64,000 bases of DNA from a virus (IMGVR_UViG_3300027881_000011:3783-67782), one strand, 5' to 3'. Positions 52,019-61,996 are shown, numbered from the stretch's first letter. Numbers and translations are program-made. The notes: generated by a model not told the origin, from the letters alone.

Positions 52019-52396
52019 ATGTACGGCAAGATATGGAAGAGCATGTTCGAGGGCTCACTGTACGACGCTGGCTGGGAAGCCATTTTCACATTCATGATTC
52101 TGATCACGTTCGCCAATAAGGAAGGCGACGTTGATATCTCACTTAACGCATTGTCAGGCAAGACCAATGTGCCAACAAAAATCTTAAAGAAAGGCATCGA
52201 GGTTCTATCGTCTCCTGACGAAGACACCCGCACAGATACCTTTGATGGTCGTCGCATCGTCCTGATAGACGACACCAGAAACTGGGGTTGGCGCATCGTC
52301 AATTACGAGAAATATGCGAAGGCTCGTGACATGGCAGCGGTGCGACAGTACTGGGCCGAAGAGAAGCGAGCGAAGAAAGCAGCAGAGACCAGCTAG
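52019..52396 (+). CDS. Replication initiator/replisome organiser N-terminal-like protein
   Basis: YGKIWKSMFEGSL, LSSPDEDTRT..DGRRI, GWRIVNYEKY. Confidence 0.6.
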   Translation: MYGKIWKSMFEGSLYDAGWEAIFTFMILITFANKEGDVDISLNALSGKTNVPTKILKKGIEVLSSPDEDTRTDTFDGRRIVLIDDTRNWGWRIVNYEKYAKARDMAAVRQYWAEEKRAKKAAETS

Positions 52397-53943
52397 TGTC
52401 GTTCCTTCTTCGCCTTTATCAAGACATCTGCATCCAAGAGGTGCGCGAGGCGATTGCCGCTGGTTACCGGAAGATTCTTATCGTTGCTCCGACAGGTTCC
52501 GGCAAGACAGTCATCGCAGCTCAGATCGTAAAACTTGCTGCGGACAAATTTCGCCGCTCGATGTTTCTTGCCCATCGCCGCGAGCTTATCTACCAGTGTG
52601 CAGACAAGCTCGTAAAGTTCGGAGTTGACCACGGCATTCTCATGGCCGGTGAATTTCCATACGGTGCAGCGGATGTGCAAGTCGCCAGCATCGACACGGT
52701 TCGTGCCCGATGTATCACAACGGAAAAGCTGCCCTTCCCCAACTCGGACATAGTTGTCGTTGATGAGGCGCACCGCTCGCTCGCACCAACGTACCTGACG
52801 CTCATCAACCACTACGGTGATCGTGTCGTCATAGGACTGACGGCAACACCCATTCGTGGTGATGGCAAGGGTCTGGGTCACGTGTACGACTACATGGTGC
52901 AGTGTCCCAGCATTCAGGAACTCATTGATCTCGGACATCTGGTCAGGCCGCGTACGTTTGCGCCGACCATTCCTGACCTGACTGGCGTGAAAGTTGATGG
53001 CGACTATGACCGCACTCAGCTGGAACGCGCAATGAATCACCGCTCATTGGTTGGCGACATTGTTACGCACTGGCATCGACTTGCTCACGACAGGCCAACT
53101 ATAGTGTTTGCGAGCGGGGTTAAACATTCGGTGAACCTGCGCGATGAGTTCGTAAAGTCTGGAGTCGCAGCGGCTCACGTAGACGGAGATACGTCTCTTG
53201 AGGTGCGGAGTGATGTGGTTGACGACTTGAAAGTAGGCAAGATACAGGTGGTTTGTAATTACGGTGTATTTACCGAGGGGTTTGATGAACCAACTCTGTC
53301 CGCTTGTGTCCTTGCCCGCCCAACCAAGCACCTCGGCCTGTATCTCCAGATGGCCGGGAGAACTCTCAGACCAGCCGCAAACAAGGAAGACTCCCTGATC
53401 ATCGATCATAGCGGTAATGTTTACGAGCATGGCTTTGTCCAAGACGACCACAACTGGGTGTTGGAAGAGGGCCGCGCACTGACCAACACGAAAGCCGAAC
53501 GCCAAAAAGAATTCGATGAGAAGGAGCCTATCACATGCGTGATGTGTGCGACTGTTTACACTGGTCAGCGCATCTGCCCGCACTGTGGTCACGAGCCAGA
53601 GAAGAAGGGCAAGCATTACGACACCCGTCATGGCGAGCTGATGGAAGTCAGGGCAGAAAAAAGACGTACAGCGAAGAAGCGTATCTTCACTGTTGCGGAC
53701 AAAGAAGAGTGGTTCCAGATGTTCGTCGGGTACGGCGAAAAGAAGGGCTACGACAATCCGACAGGGTGGGCGTCACACAAATACAAAAAGAAGTTCAAAG
53801 AGTGGCCGGACTATGATTTCAGCAGAGAAGGCATCGAGCCGTCACCTGAGTGCAAGAGCTACATCAGGTCACGGAACATCGCCTATGCTAAATGGAAGGA
53901 GAAACAAGATGCGACAAACAACGAAGCAAGCGGCGCGAGGTAA
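52396..53943 (+). CDS. SF2 DExH helicase with C-terminal Zn finger
   Basis: APTGSGKT, AHRREL, DEAH, GLTATP, TEGFD, QMAGR, CxxC..CPHCG. Confidence 0.92.
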   Translation: MSFLLRLYQDICIQEVREAIAAGYRKILIVAPTGSGKTVIAAQIVKLAADKFRRSMFLAHRRELIYQCADKLVKFGVDHGILMAGEFPYGAADVQVASIDTVRARCITTEKLPFPNSDIVVVDEAHRSLAPTYLTLINHYGDRVVIGLTATPIRGDGKGLGHVYDYMVQCPSIQELIDLGHLVRPRTFAPTIPDLTGVKVDGDYDRTQLERAMNHRSLVGDIVTHWHRLAHDRPTIVFASGVKHSVNLRDEFVKSGVAAAHVDGDTSLEVRSDVVDDLKVGKIQVVCNYGVFTEGFDEPTLSACVLARPTKHLGLYLQMAGRTLRPAANKEDSLIIDHSGNVYEHGFVQDDHNWVLEEGRALTNTKAERQKEFDEKEPITCVMCATVYTGQRICPHCGHEPEKKGKHYDTRHGELMEVRAEKRRTAKKRIFTVADKEEWFQMFVGYGEKKGYDNPTGWASHKYKKKFKEWPDYDFSREGIEPSPECKSYIRSRNIAYAKWKEKQDATNNEASGAR

Positions 53944-54856
53944 ATGGGATGCAATCATCGCACAACTTATTGGTGAACAAGCCATTGCCCGGAAGCACGG
54001 TCCATGTCCTATATGCGGCGGAGAAGATCGATATCGCTACGACAATAAGAGAAACGATGGAGATTGGTTCTGCAATGTTTGCGGACCCGGTGATGGCTTT
54101 CGTCTACTGTCAGAAAGTATGGGCATCAGCTTTGCAGAGGCAGCACGAGAGGTCGATAAAATAGTAGGCAACATCGAAGAGAAACCATTCAAGCCGGTTG
54201 TCAATACAGAGAACAGGCGGCGACGATTGAATGAGGTCTGGGCAGAGGCGAAGGCACCAGAGGTGGCTTATGACTATCTCATCAAGCGCGGAATCAATGC
54301 GGATGTTCTTGAAGACGCGAGCGACATTCGTGGTCACGCCTGCTTGCCGCTTTACGATGGCAAGGTGCGAGTTGGCGAACACCCGGCGATGCTGGCGTTG
54401 ATCCGTAACGCGAAGGGCGAGCCGGTATCAATCCATCGCACGTACATCCTTCCTGAGAATGTCGGCAAGAAAGAAAAGAGAATCATGCCGCCCATCGAGA
54501 CCATTGTCGGTGGCTGTGTCAGGTTGGGTGAGCCGGGATACGCTCTGGGTTTTGCCGAGGGTATAGAGACAGCGCTGTCCATGTGGCAGGAGTCAGACGT
54601 GCCCTGCTGGGCGACGATCTCTGCGCATGGCATGAAGAACATCAAGTCGATACCGAAACAGGTCACGCACGCTTACGTGTGTGCTGACAACGATCTGTCA
54701 TTCACTGGTCAGGCAGCAGCGTTCGAGTGTGCTGCCTTCTTCAAGCGTAAGTTCAACATCAACACCGAAGTGTGGATGCCGGGAGAGTCTGGCTCTGACA
54801 TGAATGATCACGTTCAGTATCGAGCAGACAGCATTATGAAGTGGAGAGGATTCTGA
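53909..54856 (+). CDS. Zn-ribbon + TOPRIM primase
   Basis: HGPCPICGGEDRY..CNVCG; IHRTY; AEGIETALS; ADND; DMND. Start at ATG 53909 after AGGAG. Confidence 0.88.
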   Translation: MRQTTKQAARGKWDAIIAQLIGEQAIARKHGPCPICGGEDRYRYDNKRNDGDWFCNVCGPGDGFRLLSESMGISFAEAAREVDKIVGNIEEKPFKPVVNTENRRRRLNEVWAEAKAPEVAYDYLIKRGINADVLEDASDIRGHACLPLYDGKVRVGEHPAMLALIRNAKGEPVSIHRTYILPENVGKKEKRIMPPIETIVGGCVRLGEPGYALGFAEGIETALSMWQESDVPCWATISAHGMKNIKSIPKQVTHAYVCADNDLSFTGQAAAFECAAFFKRKFNINTEVWMPGESGSDMNDHVQYRADSIMKWRGF

Positions 54857-55011
54857 TGAAAGCAAAAACACTTATCAATATAACTCCAAATGCCAGACCA
54901 CCCATTGTCATTGAGATGGAATATCAAAAACTGGGCTGGTTACGGCGCAGGCTTATATGGTTAATTTTCGGCTGGGAAGTGACGGTCGAAGAGGTGGTGG
55001 TGAGACGATGA
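54856..55011 (+). CDS. 51-aa hypothetical protein (absent from ORF track)
   Basis: TGATG coupling, AGGA RBS, ATGA overlap with the next gene. Confidence 0.5.
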   Translation: MKAKTLINITPNARPPIVIEMEYQKLGWLRRRLIWLIFGWEVTVEEVVVRR

Positions 55012-55694
55012 GCATTGCATGGACAGGACGGGTCACTATGGCCCGAGCAGACTGGGGCGACGAGAACGGTAGCACGGTGACCTTCAAGTTGCCGATGCAA
55101 CACAGCGAGGACGTGAGGAATCCGTTCCACGCCTTCACCAAGCGCCGCAAGGGTAAGGCAGGCACCCGATTTATGATGGCCTGTCACACGGCCTCAGAGG
55201 GCGTCAGGCACGCGCTGTACGAAGACGAGGCGATGCTTGCCGGGTGGAACGACAGCCAGCAGAACGGGCATACGGTCAAGCTGTGGCTCTGCAATGATGG
55301 TATGGGTCATCCCTTCGAGGGTTTGAGTCGTACTCAGGAGCTGATCGTGGCGCTCAACGAGCTGGATGATGACAACGAGGTCATCGACCAGAAGATGCGT
55401 GACAGGGTAGAGAAGCAGATCGACACCGGCAGGCAGAAGGACTCCAATGTGGCAGCTCTGTTGTGTCGAACGCCTGAGTTCTGGGAGTGGGTCAACACAG
55501 TAGGCAACGACCTCGTGGTGATGAATGTGGTGTGCAATGCCGAGGAACCCGCAGCTCATTGGATGTATCAAGTGCTGGGCATCAGTTCGCGAGCTGAGCT
55601 GGATAAAAACAAGCTGGTCGCGGTCACGTTCCATCGTGTCATCAGAGAGCCGTACCAGAAGTGGTACGTTGAGAATTACGGAGCAGCATGTTGA
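55008..55694 (+). CDS. Hypothetical protein with LGISSRAELD motif
   Basis: AALLCRTPEFWEW..GISSRAELD is a recurrent phage motif. Confidence 0.55.
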   Translation: MSIAWTGRVTMARADWGDENGSTVTFKLPMQHSEDVRNPFHAFTKRRKGKAGTRFMMACHTASEGVRHALYEDEAMLAGWNDSQQNGHTVKLWLCNDGMGHPFEGLSRTQELIVALNELDDDNEVIDQKMRDRVEKQIDTGRQKDSNVAALLCRTPEFWEWVNTVGNDLVVMNVVCNAEEPAAHWMYQVLGISSRAELDKNKLVAVTFHRVIREPYQKWYVENYGAAC

Positions 55695-56077
55695 AAGCAG
55701 AGCGAAGCAGACAGCTGGAAGATACAGCGACCGAGGTGGCTGCGAACTATAGCAAGCGACGAGACCTGAACCCCACGGCTGAGGTCTTCGAGGTGCGGAA
55801 GGTGAAGCCACTTAGTGAGACGACAGCTGCGGTTGTGTACCTGAAGACAGCGACCGAAAAGGTGGTACGCCGTAAACTGGCGCTGGCATTTTTCTACTGG
55901 GTGCCATCAGGACCACAAGGAAAATGGTTGCACATGTTCATCAGTTACAACCACCTGAACAGCCTTGAGCGGATGCGCGAGTTGCTCGACACGGTAGAGG
56001 AATACAACCATGGTCAGAATCAGCGTAAGCCGACACCAGAAGAATCTGAGACAGCTCAGGTGCGCGATCAGTCGTAA
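55688..56077 (+). CDS. Hypothetical protein
   Basis: GGAG RBS, coupled ORF. Confidence 0.55.
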   Translation: MLKAERSRQLEDTATEVAANYSKRRDLNPTAEVFEVRKVKPLSETTAAVVYLKTATEKVVRRKLALAFFYWVPSGPQGKWLHMFISYNHLNSLERMRELLDTVEEYNHGQNQRKPTPEESETAQVRDQS

Positions 56078-56399
56078 CCCAACAGTCACCCTGCATCATT
56101 GCCACGGTGCCAGCATGAAGGACCACGGCTGGCATGTCGGCATGGGCCAAAAGCAAAACCCGTTCCTGCAAATTCCCATTCATGAGCATTACCACGTTGG
56201 TGGGCAGGGCATCGACTACGGTGTTGGCGTGGTATCATGGGAGCGTTACTTCGGCACGCAATGGGAACACCTCGAATGGGTAAACGAACAACTGGATTAC
56301 GACATCTTCCAGCAGGCGCAAGAGTGGGAAAAAGAACATCGTCATCGAAGTATCGCAACAGGAAGGTTCAGTACGACGGATACAAGTTCGACTCCCTGA
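56010..56399 (+). CDS. Ref/DUF968-like HNH nuclease
   Basis: LRCAI..LHHCHG..GMGQK..IPIHEHYH..WERYFG. Confidence 0.65.
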   Translation: MVRISVSRHQKNLRQLRCAISRNPTVTLHHCHGASMKDHGWHVGMGQKQNPFLQIPIHEHYHVGGQGIDYGVGVVSWERYFGTQWEHLEWVNEQLDYDIFQQAQEWEKEHRHRSIATGRFSTTDTSSTP

Positions 56400-56692
56400 G
56401 AGAGTGTGAGCGCTACAAGGAGCTGTGCCTGCTACAGGATGCCGGGGATATCATCAAGCTGGAAGTGCAACCGAAGTTCCCGCTCAGGGTCGCTGGTAAG
56501 GACGTGAAGATCAGGTCCGAGCGTTACCCCAACGGGCGCAAGGTCAGTTACTTCGCAGACTTTGCCTACTATGACGAGGCAGCAGGGAAGCGCATAGTTG
56601 AGGATGTGAAGGGGGCGGACACACCAATGTCTCGACTGAAGCGAGCCCTCGTTGAGGCCCAGTATGGCGTCCCAGTCATAATTGTGCGATAG
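56324..56692 (+). CDS. DUF1064 family PD-(D/E)xK nuclease-like protein
   Basis: SKYRNRKV..DGYKFDS..E..RY..QPKF..YFADFAY..VEDVKG. Confidence 0.8.
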   Translation: MGKRTSSSKYRNRKVQYDGYKFDSLRECERYKELCLLQDAGDIIKLEVQPKFPLRVAGKDVKIRSERYPNGRKVSYFADFAYYDEAAGKRIVEDVKGADTPMSRLKRALVEAQYGVPVIIVR

Positions 56693-56741
56693 TGAGGGTG
56701 TCTCAACGACACCATTGTTTTTCTTCCAAAGAAAGCAGATT

Positions 56742-56774
56742 GGGGCACCCTTGTCGGGTGCCCCCTTTTTGTTT
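56742..56774 (+). terminator. Intrinsic terminator
   Basis: GGGGCACCC-TTGTC-GGGTGCCCC then TTTTTGTTT at a convergence point. Confidence 0.8.
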
Positions 56775-57337
56775 CAACTTACTGCTCTCAGCTGGCGAGT
56801 GGACGGTAGCCGCCCGCCTGATGCTTCGCGGATAACATCTACGAAAGCGACCGTGCTGCCAGTCCAGCGACCAGTGCTCTCATCGACAGAGGCACCGTGT
56901 TCTTTCAGGACGCGCTTCACGTCCTCGTACTCCTGCTTGTTGCAAGTGAAGTTGATCTGGTGCTTGTTCTCCAGAATCTTCTGGATGGCGTTACCGACTG
57001 CACGCTTACCGACTTTCTGCGTCGCTTTTGCAGCCCACTCCGCAACGCGGGTGAAGCTGAATGAGCGAATCAATTCGAGCGACTCTGACTTGTTGTAGCC
57101 GAGACGCTTGAAGTGTCGGTAGGTGTGCAGGTACTTGCCAGCCGTACCAGACGTGAAGGACATCTCTTCCTCTACGAGGTGAGCGAACGACTGGTAGCCC
57201 AGTATGTCCCAAAGTTTGCCGTGTTCGAGTGCAGACAGAATCTGTCCCATCTCGAAGAAGGCACCTGTGACCTCATCGTCCAGCTTGATGAGCCGGTCGA
57301 GTAGGTTAGTGGCGTAAACACGTGCTGATGTTGACAT
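56774..57337 (-). CDS. Hypothetical protein (possible DNA-binding)
   Basis: AGGAG RBS; FFEMGQIL..GYQSF pattern. Confidence 0.55.
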   Translation of the reverse strand: MSTSARVYATNLLDRLIKLDDEVTGAFFEMGQILSALEHGKLWDILGYQSFAHLVEEEMSFTSGTAGKYLHTYRHFKRLGYNKSESLELIRSFSFTRVAEWAAKATQKVGKRAVGNAIQKILENKHQINFTCNKQEYEDVKRVLKEHGASVDESTGRWTGSTVAFVDVIREASGGRLPSTRQLRAVS

Positions 57338-58376
57338 TGTTTTCTCCTTCATGTGTTACCAGTTCGATGTCTCGCTTCACGACGCCGAGGTGTTCGTCTC
57401 CGCGCCAGTGAGGTTTGACCCAAACCTGTTTGCCGCTCTTCTTGTAATGTCTCCAGAAGCCACGGACTTGGTGGAGCCGCTTGCGCGGCTGGAATACCGA
57501 CCGTCCTGTTTGGGATGGATCGGGTGCATCAACTTCGAGTTGAATCACAGTATGCTCGAAGCGTGGAAACTTACGCCGCTTGCGTGGCTTGCGCGGCACG
57601 AAGCTGTGCGGCATCGGCTTGACGCCAGCGGTCTTGTTGCGAAGCACGGCAGACAGGTCGAACGATCTCAGCCAAGCGCTGATCAGACCCTTGCACATCA
57701 TGATGGCCTGCTCGCCTTTCTCGGTGATCTCAACGCCACCGGTTATTGCATTGATGACTGTTGTATCACGCGACAGCTTGCCATTGGTCATGTGAATCTC
57801 GACTGGGCAGTAGCTGAGGCGTTGCTCAGGTCTAATCGAACTGACTCTCTCGCCAGCAAAGGTGAACGCATCGTTGTGTATCACGTCAACACCACTCGAA
57901 CGCCAGAAGCATATGTTCGCGCAAATCCATGTTTCGTGCGCGCAAGCACCCAGCTCGTCGTAAGGCTTACCGTTTCTGGTGGTGGTTTCTTGTAGGCAAA
58001 TCATGTAGGTGTCATCACCCCATTCAACGATGACTGTACACCACTCGTGTGGCAGGTGGATTGGTCTGGTATTGCCTATGTACTTCAGTTCGCTTTCGTA
58101 TTGGTGGGTCATCAGTCCCAGCGTTTCGGCTGTGACTTTGTATTTCACGGACGAGCGAACGCAACGAGCCAACCACGCATCTACCGGGGCAGCATCATCC
58201 ATCATCTTGCGGAAGCTCTCGTCGGTGTCACACCTGAACAGGGAGTCGTTCAGAGCCATCCACTTTTCTACAGTGGGGTGCTTCTTGGTTGTCATGACAC
58301 ATTCGACGTATTCAAGGTACTCCAACCACTCATGGAAAGCGGGTCCGAGGTATCCTTGTTTGGGTTGCTTTTTCAT
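57306..58376 (-). CDS. Conserved phage protein with C-terminal HxVRGxWR..VWVKPHWRG motif
   Basis: Basic C-terminal motif; start uncertain. Confidence 0.6.
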   Translation of the reverse strand: MKKQPKQGYLGPAFHEWLEYLEYVECVMTTKKHPTVEKWMALNDSLFRCDTDESFRKMMDDAAPVDAWLARCVRSSVKYKVTAETLGLMTHQYESELKYIGNTRPIHLPHEWCTVIVEWGDDTYMICLQETTTRNGKPYDELGACAHETWICANICFWRSSGVDVIHNDAFTFAGERVSSIRPEQRLSYCPVEIHMTNGKLSRDTTVINAITGGVEITEKGEQAIMMCKGLISAWLRSFDLSAVLRNKTAGVKPMPHSFVPRKPRKRRKFPRFEHTVIQLEVDAPDPSQTGRSVFQPRKRLHQVRGFWRHYKKSGKQVWVKPHWRGDEHLGVVKRDIELVTHEGENNVNISTCLRH

Positions 58377-58385
58377 GATCGTAGG

Positions 58386-58404
58386 AAAGGGGGCTTGCGC
58401 CCCC
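58386..58404 (-). terminator. Probable terminator/attenuator
   Basis: GGGGGC-GCAA-GCCCCC-TTT just after the 58412 stop. Confidence 0.55.
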
Positions 58405-58411
58405 AACTCCA

Positions 58412-59521
58412 TTACGCCGCTTGCGCGATGCGTTCCCACTGGTTCGTGGGCAGCTCGATGATGTTGCCACCGATGCGCTCCAGTTCAACCTGACGCTCGT
58501 AGGACACGTCATCGTTCTGAGCGAAGTGGGTGATGGCCCACTGCATTCCGAACTGTGACAAGTCGCCACCCTTGATCAGGGAAGCCAGCACACCTTCCTG
58601 CTCGTTTTCAGTCAGGTTAGGCAGTTCGCGAACGGCAACCGAAGGCTTCTCGATCTCGGTGCCATTCATCTTGGCTTCACACTCGGCAACCATTCTCTCG
58701 AACATGGAGCCGTCGAGGCCAGCTTGTACGAGGTCGCCTACTTGCATCCAGAAGGCGCGATCAGCTGCGGTCTTCGTGGCGTTCGTGTACACCTCGAACA
58801 GAGCGTCCTGATCGGACAGTTTTTTGCCAACGTGGTATTTGCGCATGGCGTTGCTGCCAATGATCAGAAGGTTCGAGCAGTCACGCTCGTGGATGCCGGG
58901 TTCTACGAACAGCGAGCCTGCGCCCACTTCTGAGTTACCCATGCAGATGCCGGGAGAGAACCTGTGGATCGGGTTGTGACCACCGTCACCAAGGAACGTA
59001 CCAGCCTTGGATACGGTCTTCTCGACGCCGGGAACCTTGCCTTTGATGTACAGGCGAGTCTCGGTGATGTCGCATGACGTAACTTCTGCGCCATGCTCCA
59101 TCAGCTTCGGCAGCACCGCATTGGCGAAGTCGAAGTTGTCGAGCGGACGGTATTTGTTGGACATGTATGCCCGGACCTGACCATCCAACGTACGGATCAT
59201 GCGGTCAGCAGGCTCACGTTCAAACAGCTTGTTGATGTTCCACGCCAGCATGTCCGGGTGATCGTCAGCGAGACGGTCAGCGAACTGTGCTGGTATCTGT
59301 AGCTGCGTGCCGATCTGGCGGACAGCGTGCTTGCGGACTGGGAAGCGATCAACCTCACCGACCTTCAAGGTCAGGTTTGTGGGTGAATCGGAATCGACCT
59401 CAACAGCCAGCTCTTTGGTGCCAGCTACGAAGTCGCGTTTGGCGTCCTTCTGTCGAGTCAGCTCAGCGGCCATCTCTTCCAAGGACATGCCTTTCTTGCT
59501 TGTGTTTTTGATGGATTTCAT
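58412..59521 (-). CDS. DUF932-like protein
   Basis: RAYMSNKYRPLDN, NSEVGAGS, CSNL, VELERIGG; GAGGA RBS. Confidence 0.7.
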   Translation of the reverse strand: MKSIKNTSKKGMSLEEMAAELTRQKDAKRDFVAGTKELAVEVDSDSPTNLTLKVGEVDRFPVRKHAVRQIGTQLQIPAQFADRLADDHPDMLAWNINKLFEREPADRMIRTLDGQVRAYMSNKYRPLDNFDFANAVLPKLMEHGAEVTSCDITETRLYIKGKVPGVEKTVSKAGTFLGDGGHNPIHRFSPGICMGNSEVGAGSLFVEPGIHERDCSNLLIIGSNAMRKYHVGKKLSDQDALFEVYTNATKTAADRAFWMQVGDLVQAGLDGSMFERMVAECEAKMNGTEIEKPSVAVRELPNLTENEQEGVLASLIKGGDLSQFGMQWAITHFAQNDDVSYERQVELERIGGNIIELPTNQWERIAQAA

Positions 59522-59566
59522 CGGTCTTCCTCTTGTGATGGAGTGACAACCACTCCAGATATGTTC

Positions 59567-59594
59567 AGTATAAAGAACTGACATAGGAAGTCAA
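59567..59594 (-). promoter_or_regulatory. Promoter TTGACT-16-TATACT
   Basis: Near-identical 22-bp upstream segment shared with the 62363-62390 promoter. Confidence 0.75.
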
Positions 59595-59602
59595 CCCCTA
59601 TG

Positions 59603-59836
59603 TCAGTCTTTTTCCTTTTCCGGGTCGAAGTCGCCATTCCATTCCATATAGATCAGCAGCTTTCTCGCCATGTCAGGCATCTTGCGATGGCTGGCCTTGC
59701 GAGGCGGAACCAGCCAGCGATCAACGGTGCTGATGTTGACCGCGACTGCTTTCGCAACTGCTGGTCTGGTCAGGTGCCATCCGGCCATAAACTTCTTCAA
59801 CCATGCGTTGTTATTCGCAATCGCTTTGTAAGCCAT
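59603..59836 (-). CDS. Small HTH protein
   Basis: LTRPAVAKAVAVNISTVDRWL..RKMP. Confidence 0.65.
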   Translation of the reverse strand: MAYKAIANNNAWLKKFMAGWHLTRPAVAKAVAVNISTVDRWLVPPRKASHRKMPDMARKLLIYMEWNGDFDPEKEKD

Positions 59837-60001
59837 ATTTGTTCTCCAGAGTTTGCCCCGGTCTGGTGGCTACTGCGTTCCCCTTGATCGAGGGATACTC
59901 CCCAGAGGGAAGTCATCAAACGTGTAGCCAATCAGACCGAGGGCTTTGGTCACTGGAAACTTCACAGACTGTGCGAGTCTCCATCCCCAGTGACGTTGCA
60001 C

Positions 60002-60247
60002 TCATCCAAAAGCGCGGTTCAGGACCGACAGACCGCTGCGTACAGCTGCGACCTCAGCGTCAGTGATCTCAACCGGCGTGCCTTCGCGCTGTGCCGAAGT
60101 GTCGGCCAGCTCGTTGATGTCAACGCCCAGCTGTGCTGCGAGCGCCTTGATTGCGCCTTTGCGGTCTACACCGGCATCGGCCAGAATGTCGTCGGCGCTG
60201 ACGCCAGCTTCACTCAAGAGTTGTGCTGCTATTGTTGATAATGACAT
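60002..60247 (-). CDS. Hypothetical protein
   Basis: AGGAG RBS; Ala-rich helical. Confidence 0.55.
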   Translation of the reverse strand: MSLSTIAAQLLSEAGVSADDILADAGVDRKGAIKALAAQLGVDINELADTSAQREGTPVEITDAEVAAVRSGLSVLNRAFG

Positions 60248-60256
60248 TGTTTTCTC

Positions 60257-60538
60257 CTATGCCGCGTTAGTGATATCAGTCAGGAACGCCTTGGCGGCTT
60301 TGGTGATCCCGATTCGTGAACCAATCGCCCTGTACTGCCGAGCGACCGTCTTTATGGTCTTGTGTCTTTTGAAGGGCGGTGGGTCAGAGAAGAAGCGCTG
60401 CTCTTCGAGCGGCACCTTGCGGACCTTCACACCCTTGCTGTCGATGAGAAGAATAGGCATCTTCTTTCGACCGTGCGGACCAACCAGTACTGTCTTCGTA
60501 CCTTCTGCTGTCCTGTAGTTCTTCAGTTCGTACACCAT
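60257..60538 (-). CDS. Basic hypothetical protein
   Basis: AGGAG RBS; directly downstream of a consensus promoter. Confidence 0.6.
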   Translation of the reverse strand: MVYELKNYRTAEGTKTVLVGPHGRKKMPILLIDSKGVKVRKVPLEEQRFFSDPPPFKRHKTIKTVARQYRAIGSRIGITKAAKAFLTDITNAA

Positions 60539-60562
60539 TGTGTTCTCCTATGTCGAACAGAC

Positions 60563-60591
60563 ATTATACATGACTATGGCAGTGATGTCAA
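60563..60591 (-). promoter_or_regulatory. Consensus sigma70 promoter TTGACA-17-TATAAT
   Basis: Perfect hexamers and spacing. Confidence 0.85.
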
Positions 60592-60623
60592 AAGACAATA
60601 CTGGTCGCTTCCGCCGGATGCCA

Positions 60624-61238
60624 TCAAATGATGGCGTTATCGAGCGCCTCGGTGAGTACACCCTTGGCTTCTTCGAGCCAACTGTCGAATGCATTCTGAT
60701 GCTCGTCCAACTGATCCTGTTCGTGGTCGGACTCAAGCTCGTCCTGCTCACGCTCGTGATCAGCTTCAGCTTCATCGCGCTCTTCGTCAGAGGCGTACTC
60801 TTCATCGTCATCGAACGGCTCGCGAACGAACTCTTCCTCATCGAAGTCGAACTCATCGATGCAGTCCAGTTCACTATCAGCGCCTTCCAGAGCGTCGATA
60901 CGTTCCTGTAGCAGCTCACCCGTTGGTGAGTACTGCAACGACTCAGGCATGTTGTCGAGGCTGTCCTGAGTTTCCTGACCCAGTTCTTCGACTTGTCCTT
61001 GAATGGATTCTTTCAATCCATCAAACTCATCGGAGTCATCGCCACTCCAGTCTTCGATCTCTTCTTGCATCGCGTAGATGGTTCCGAAGTAGGCTGACCG
61101 TGTGAGCTGACTTGCTCGTGGTCTGGTCAGGGAGTAGCGCTTGCCACCGTATCTGAATTTCCACCAGTAGTAGGACTCACCCTTCTTGCAGACAGGGTTC
61201 TTCTTGCGTGCTTTCTTTACAAATGTTACTCGTGGCAT
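60624..61238 (-). CDS. Early protein, basic N-terminus and very acidic C-terminus
   Basis: KKARK..CKKGESYYWWKFRYG; D/E-rich tail; AGGAG RBS. Confidence 0.6.
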   Translation of the reverse strand: MPRVTFVKKARKKNPVCKKGESYYWWKFRYGGKRYSLTRPRASQLTRSAYFGTIYAMQEEIEDWSGDDSDEFDGLKESIQGQVEELGQETQDSLDNMPESLQYSPTGELLQERIDALEGADSELDCIDEFDFDEEEFVREPFDDDEEYASDEERDEAEADHEREQDELESDHEQDQLDEHQNAFDSWLEEAKGVLTEALDNAII

Positions 61239-61250
61239 TGTCCTTCTCCT

Positions 61251-61478
61251 TTATTTATTAAAGTGTTCGCTTTCCATGGCCTCTTCAGCAGCAAACTCTT
61301 GCTCTTGAGAGGGGCCGAATTTCATGTCGAGATATTCGATCAGGTACTTGGCGTAGCCAGTGACAATCTCGACGCCATCAAACCAGAAGGTATCGTCGCC
61401 GCGTTTGACTGTAGCGTCGTATGCGACACGCAACTCTTCGCGTTTCTCTGCTGTGAAAATGATTTTGTTGTCAGTCAT
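61251..61478 (-). CDS. Hypothetical protein
   Basis: GAGG RBS; YAKYLIEYL motif. Confidence 0.55.
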   Translation of the reverse strand: MTDNKIIFTAEKREELRVAYDATVKRGDDTFWFDGVEIVTGYAKYLIEYLDMKFGPSQEQEFAAEEAMESEHFNK

Positions 61479-61971
61479 TGGTCACCTCGGTGTTGTCTAT
61501 TTCGTCTCTTATGCGGTTAGATTCAAAGTCGATGTCAGCGGAGAGCCTGACAGTCTTTTGTGCGCTGTCGTGTGACATGATGGTGTGGCACCAGCCGAGA
61601 ATTGCGATCTCTCTGCGAAGCGGAGAAGATTTCGCCCTGTCAAAGAATGTACTCATGTTGCCGTCTTTAACGAAGCGCCTGATTTCCCAGTACGAAGCGT
61701 TGATGCGTCTATTGCCTTCGCGCAAGTACATGTTTTGCTCACAGCGAGTGAGCGTCTCTTGTGCAAGTTCTACGGTGCGCGAGCGAACGCCGAGCGTTTC
61801 CTGTTTTCCTTCAACCTGTGCTTGTCGAATGTATTTTGCTAAGGCTGATTCGATGTCGCGCTGTTTCTGATTCGCGGCACGATTTTGTGCCTCAGTTTTT
61901 TCGACCAACTCATTTGCTTGAGCAAGATCGGTTTTCAGTCTGGCAATTACGCCTTTGAGGTAGCTGTTCAT
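61471..61971 (-). CDS. Coiled-coil hypothetical protein
   Basis: AAGGAG RBS before ATG 61971. Confidence 0.55.
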   Translation of the reverse strand: MNSYLKGVIARLKTDLAQANELVEKTEAQNRAANQKQRDIESALAKYIRQAQVEGKQETLGVRSRTVELAQETLTRCEQNMYLREGNRRINASYWEIRRFVKDGNMSTFFDRAKSSPLRREIAILGWCHTIMSHDSAQKTVRLSADIDFESNRIRDEIDNTEVTND

Positions 61972-61996
61972 GAAAGTCTCCTTCATGTGCTTGCTT

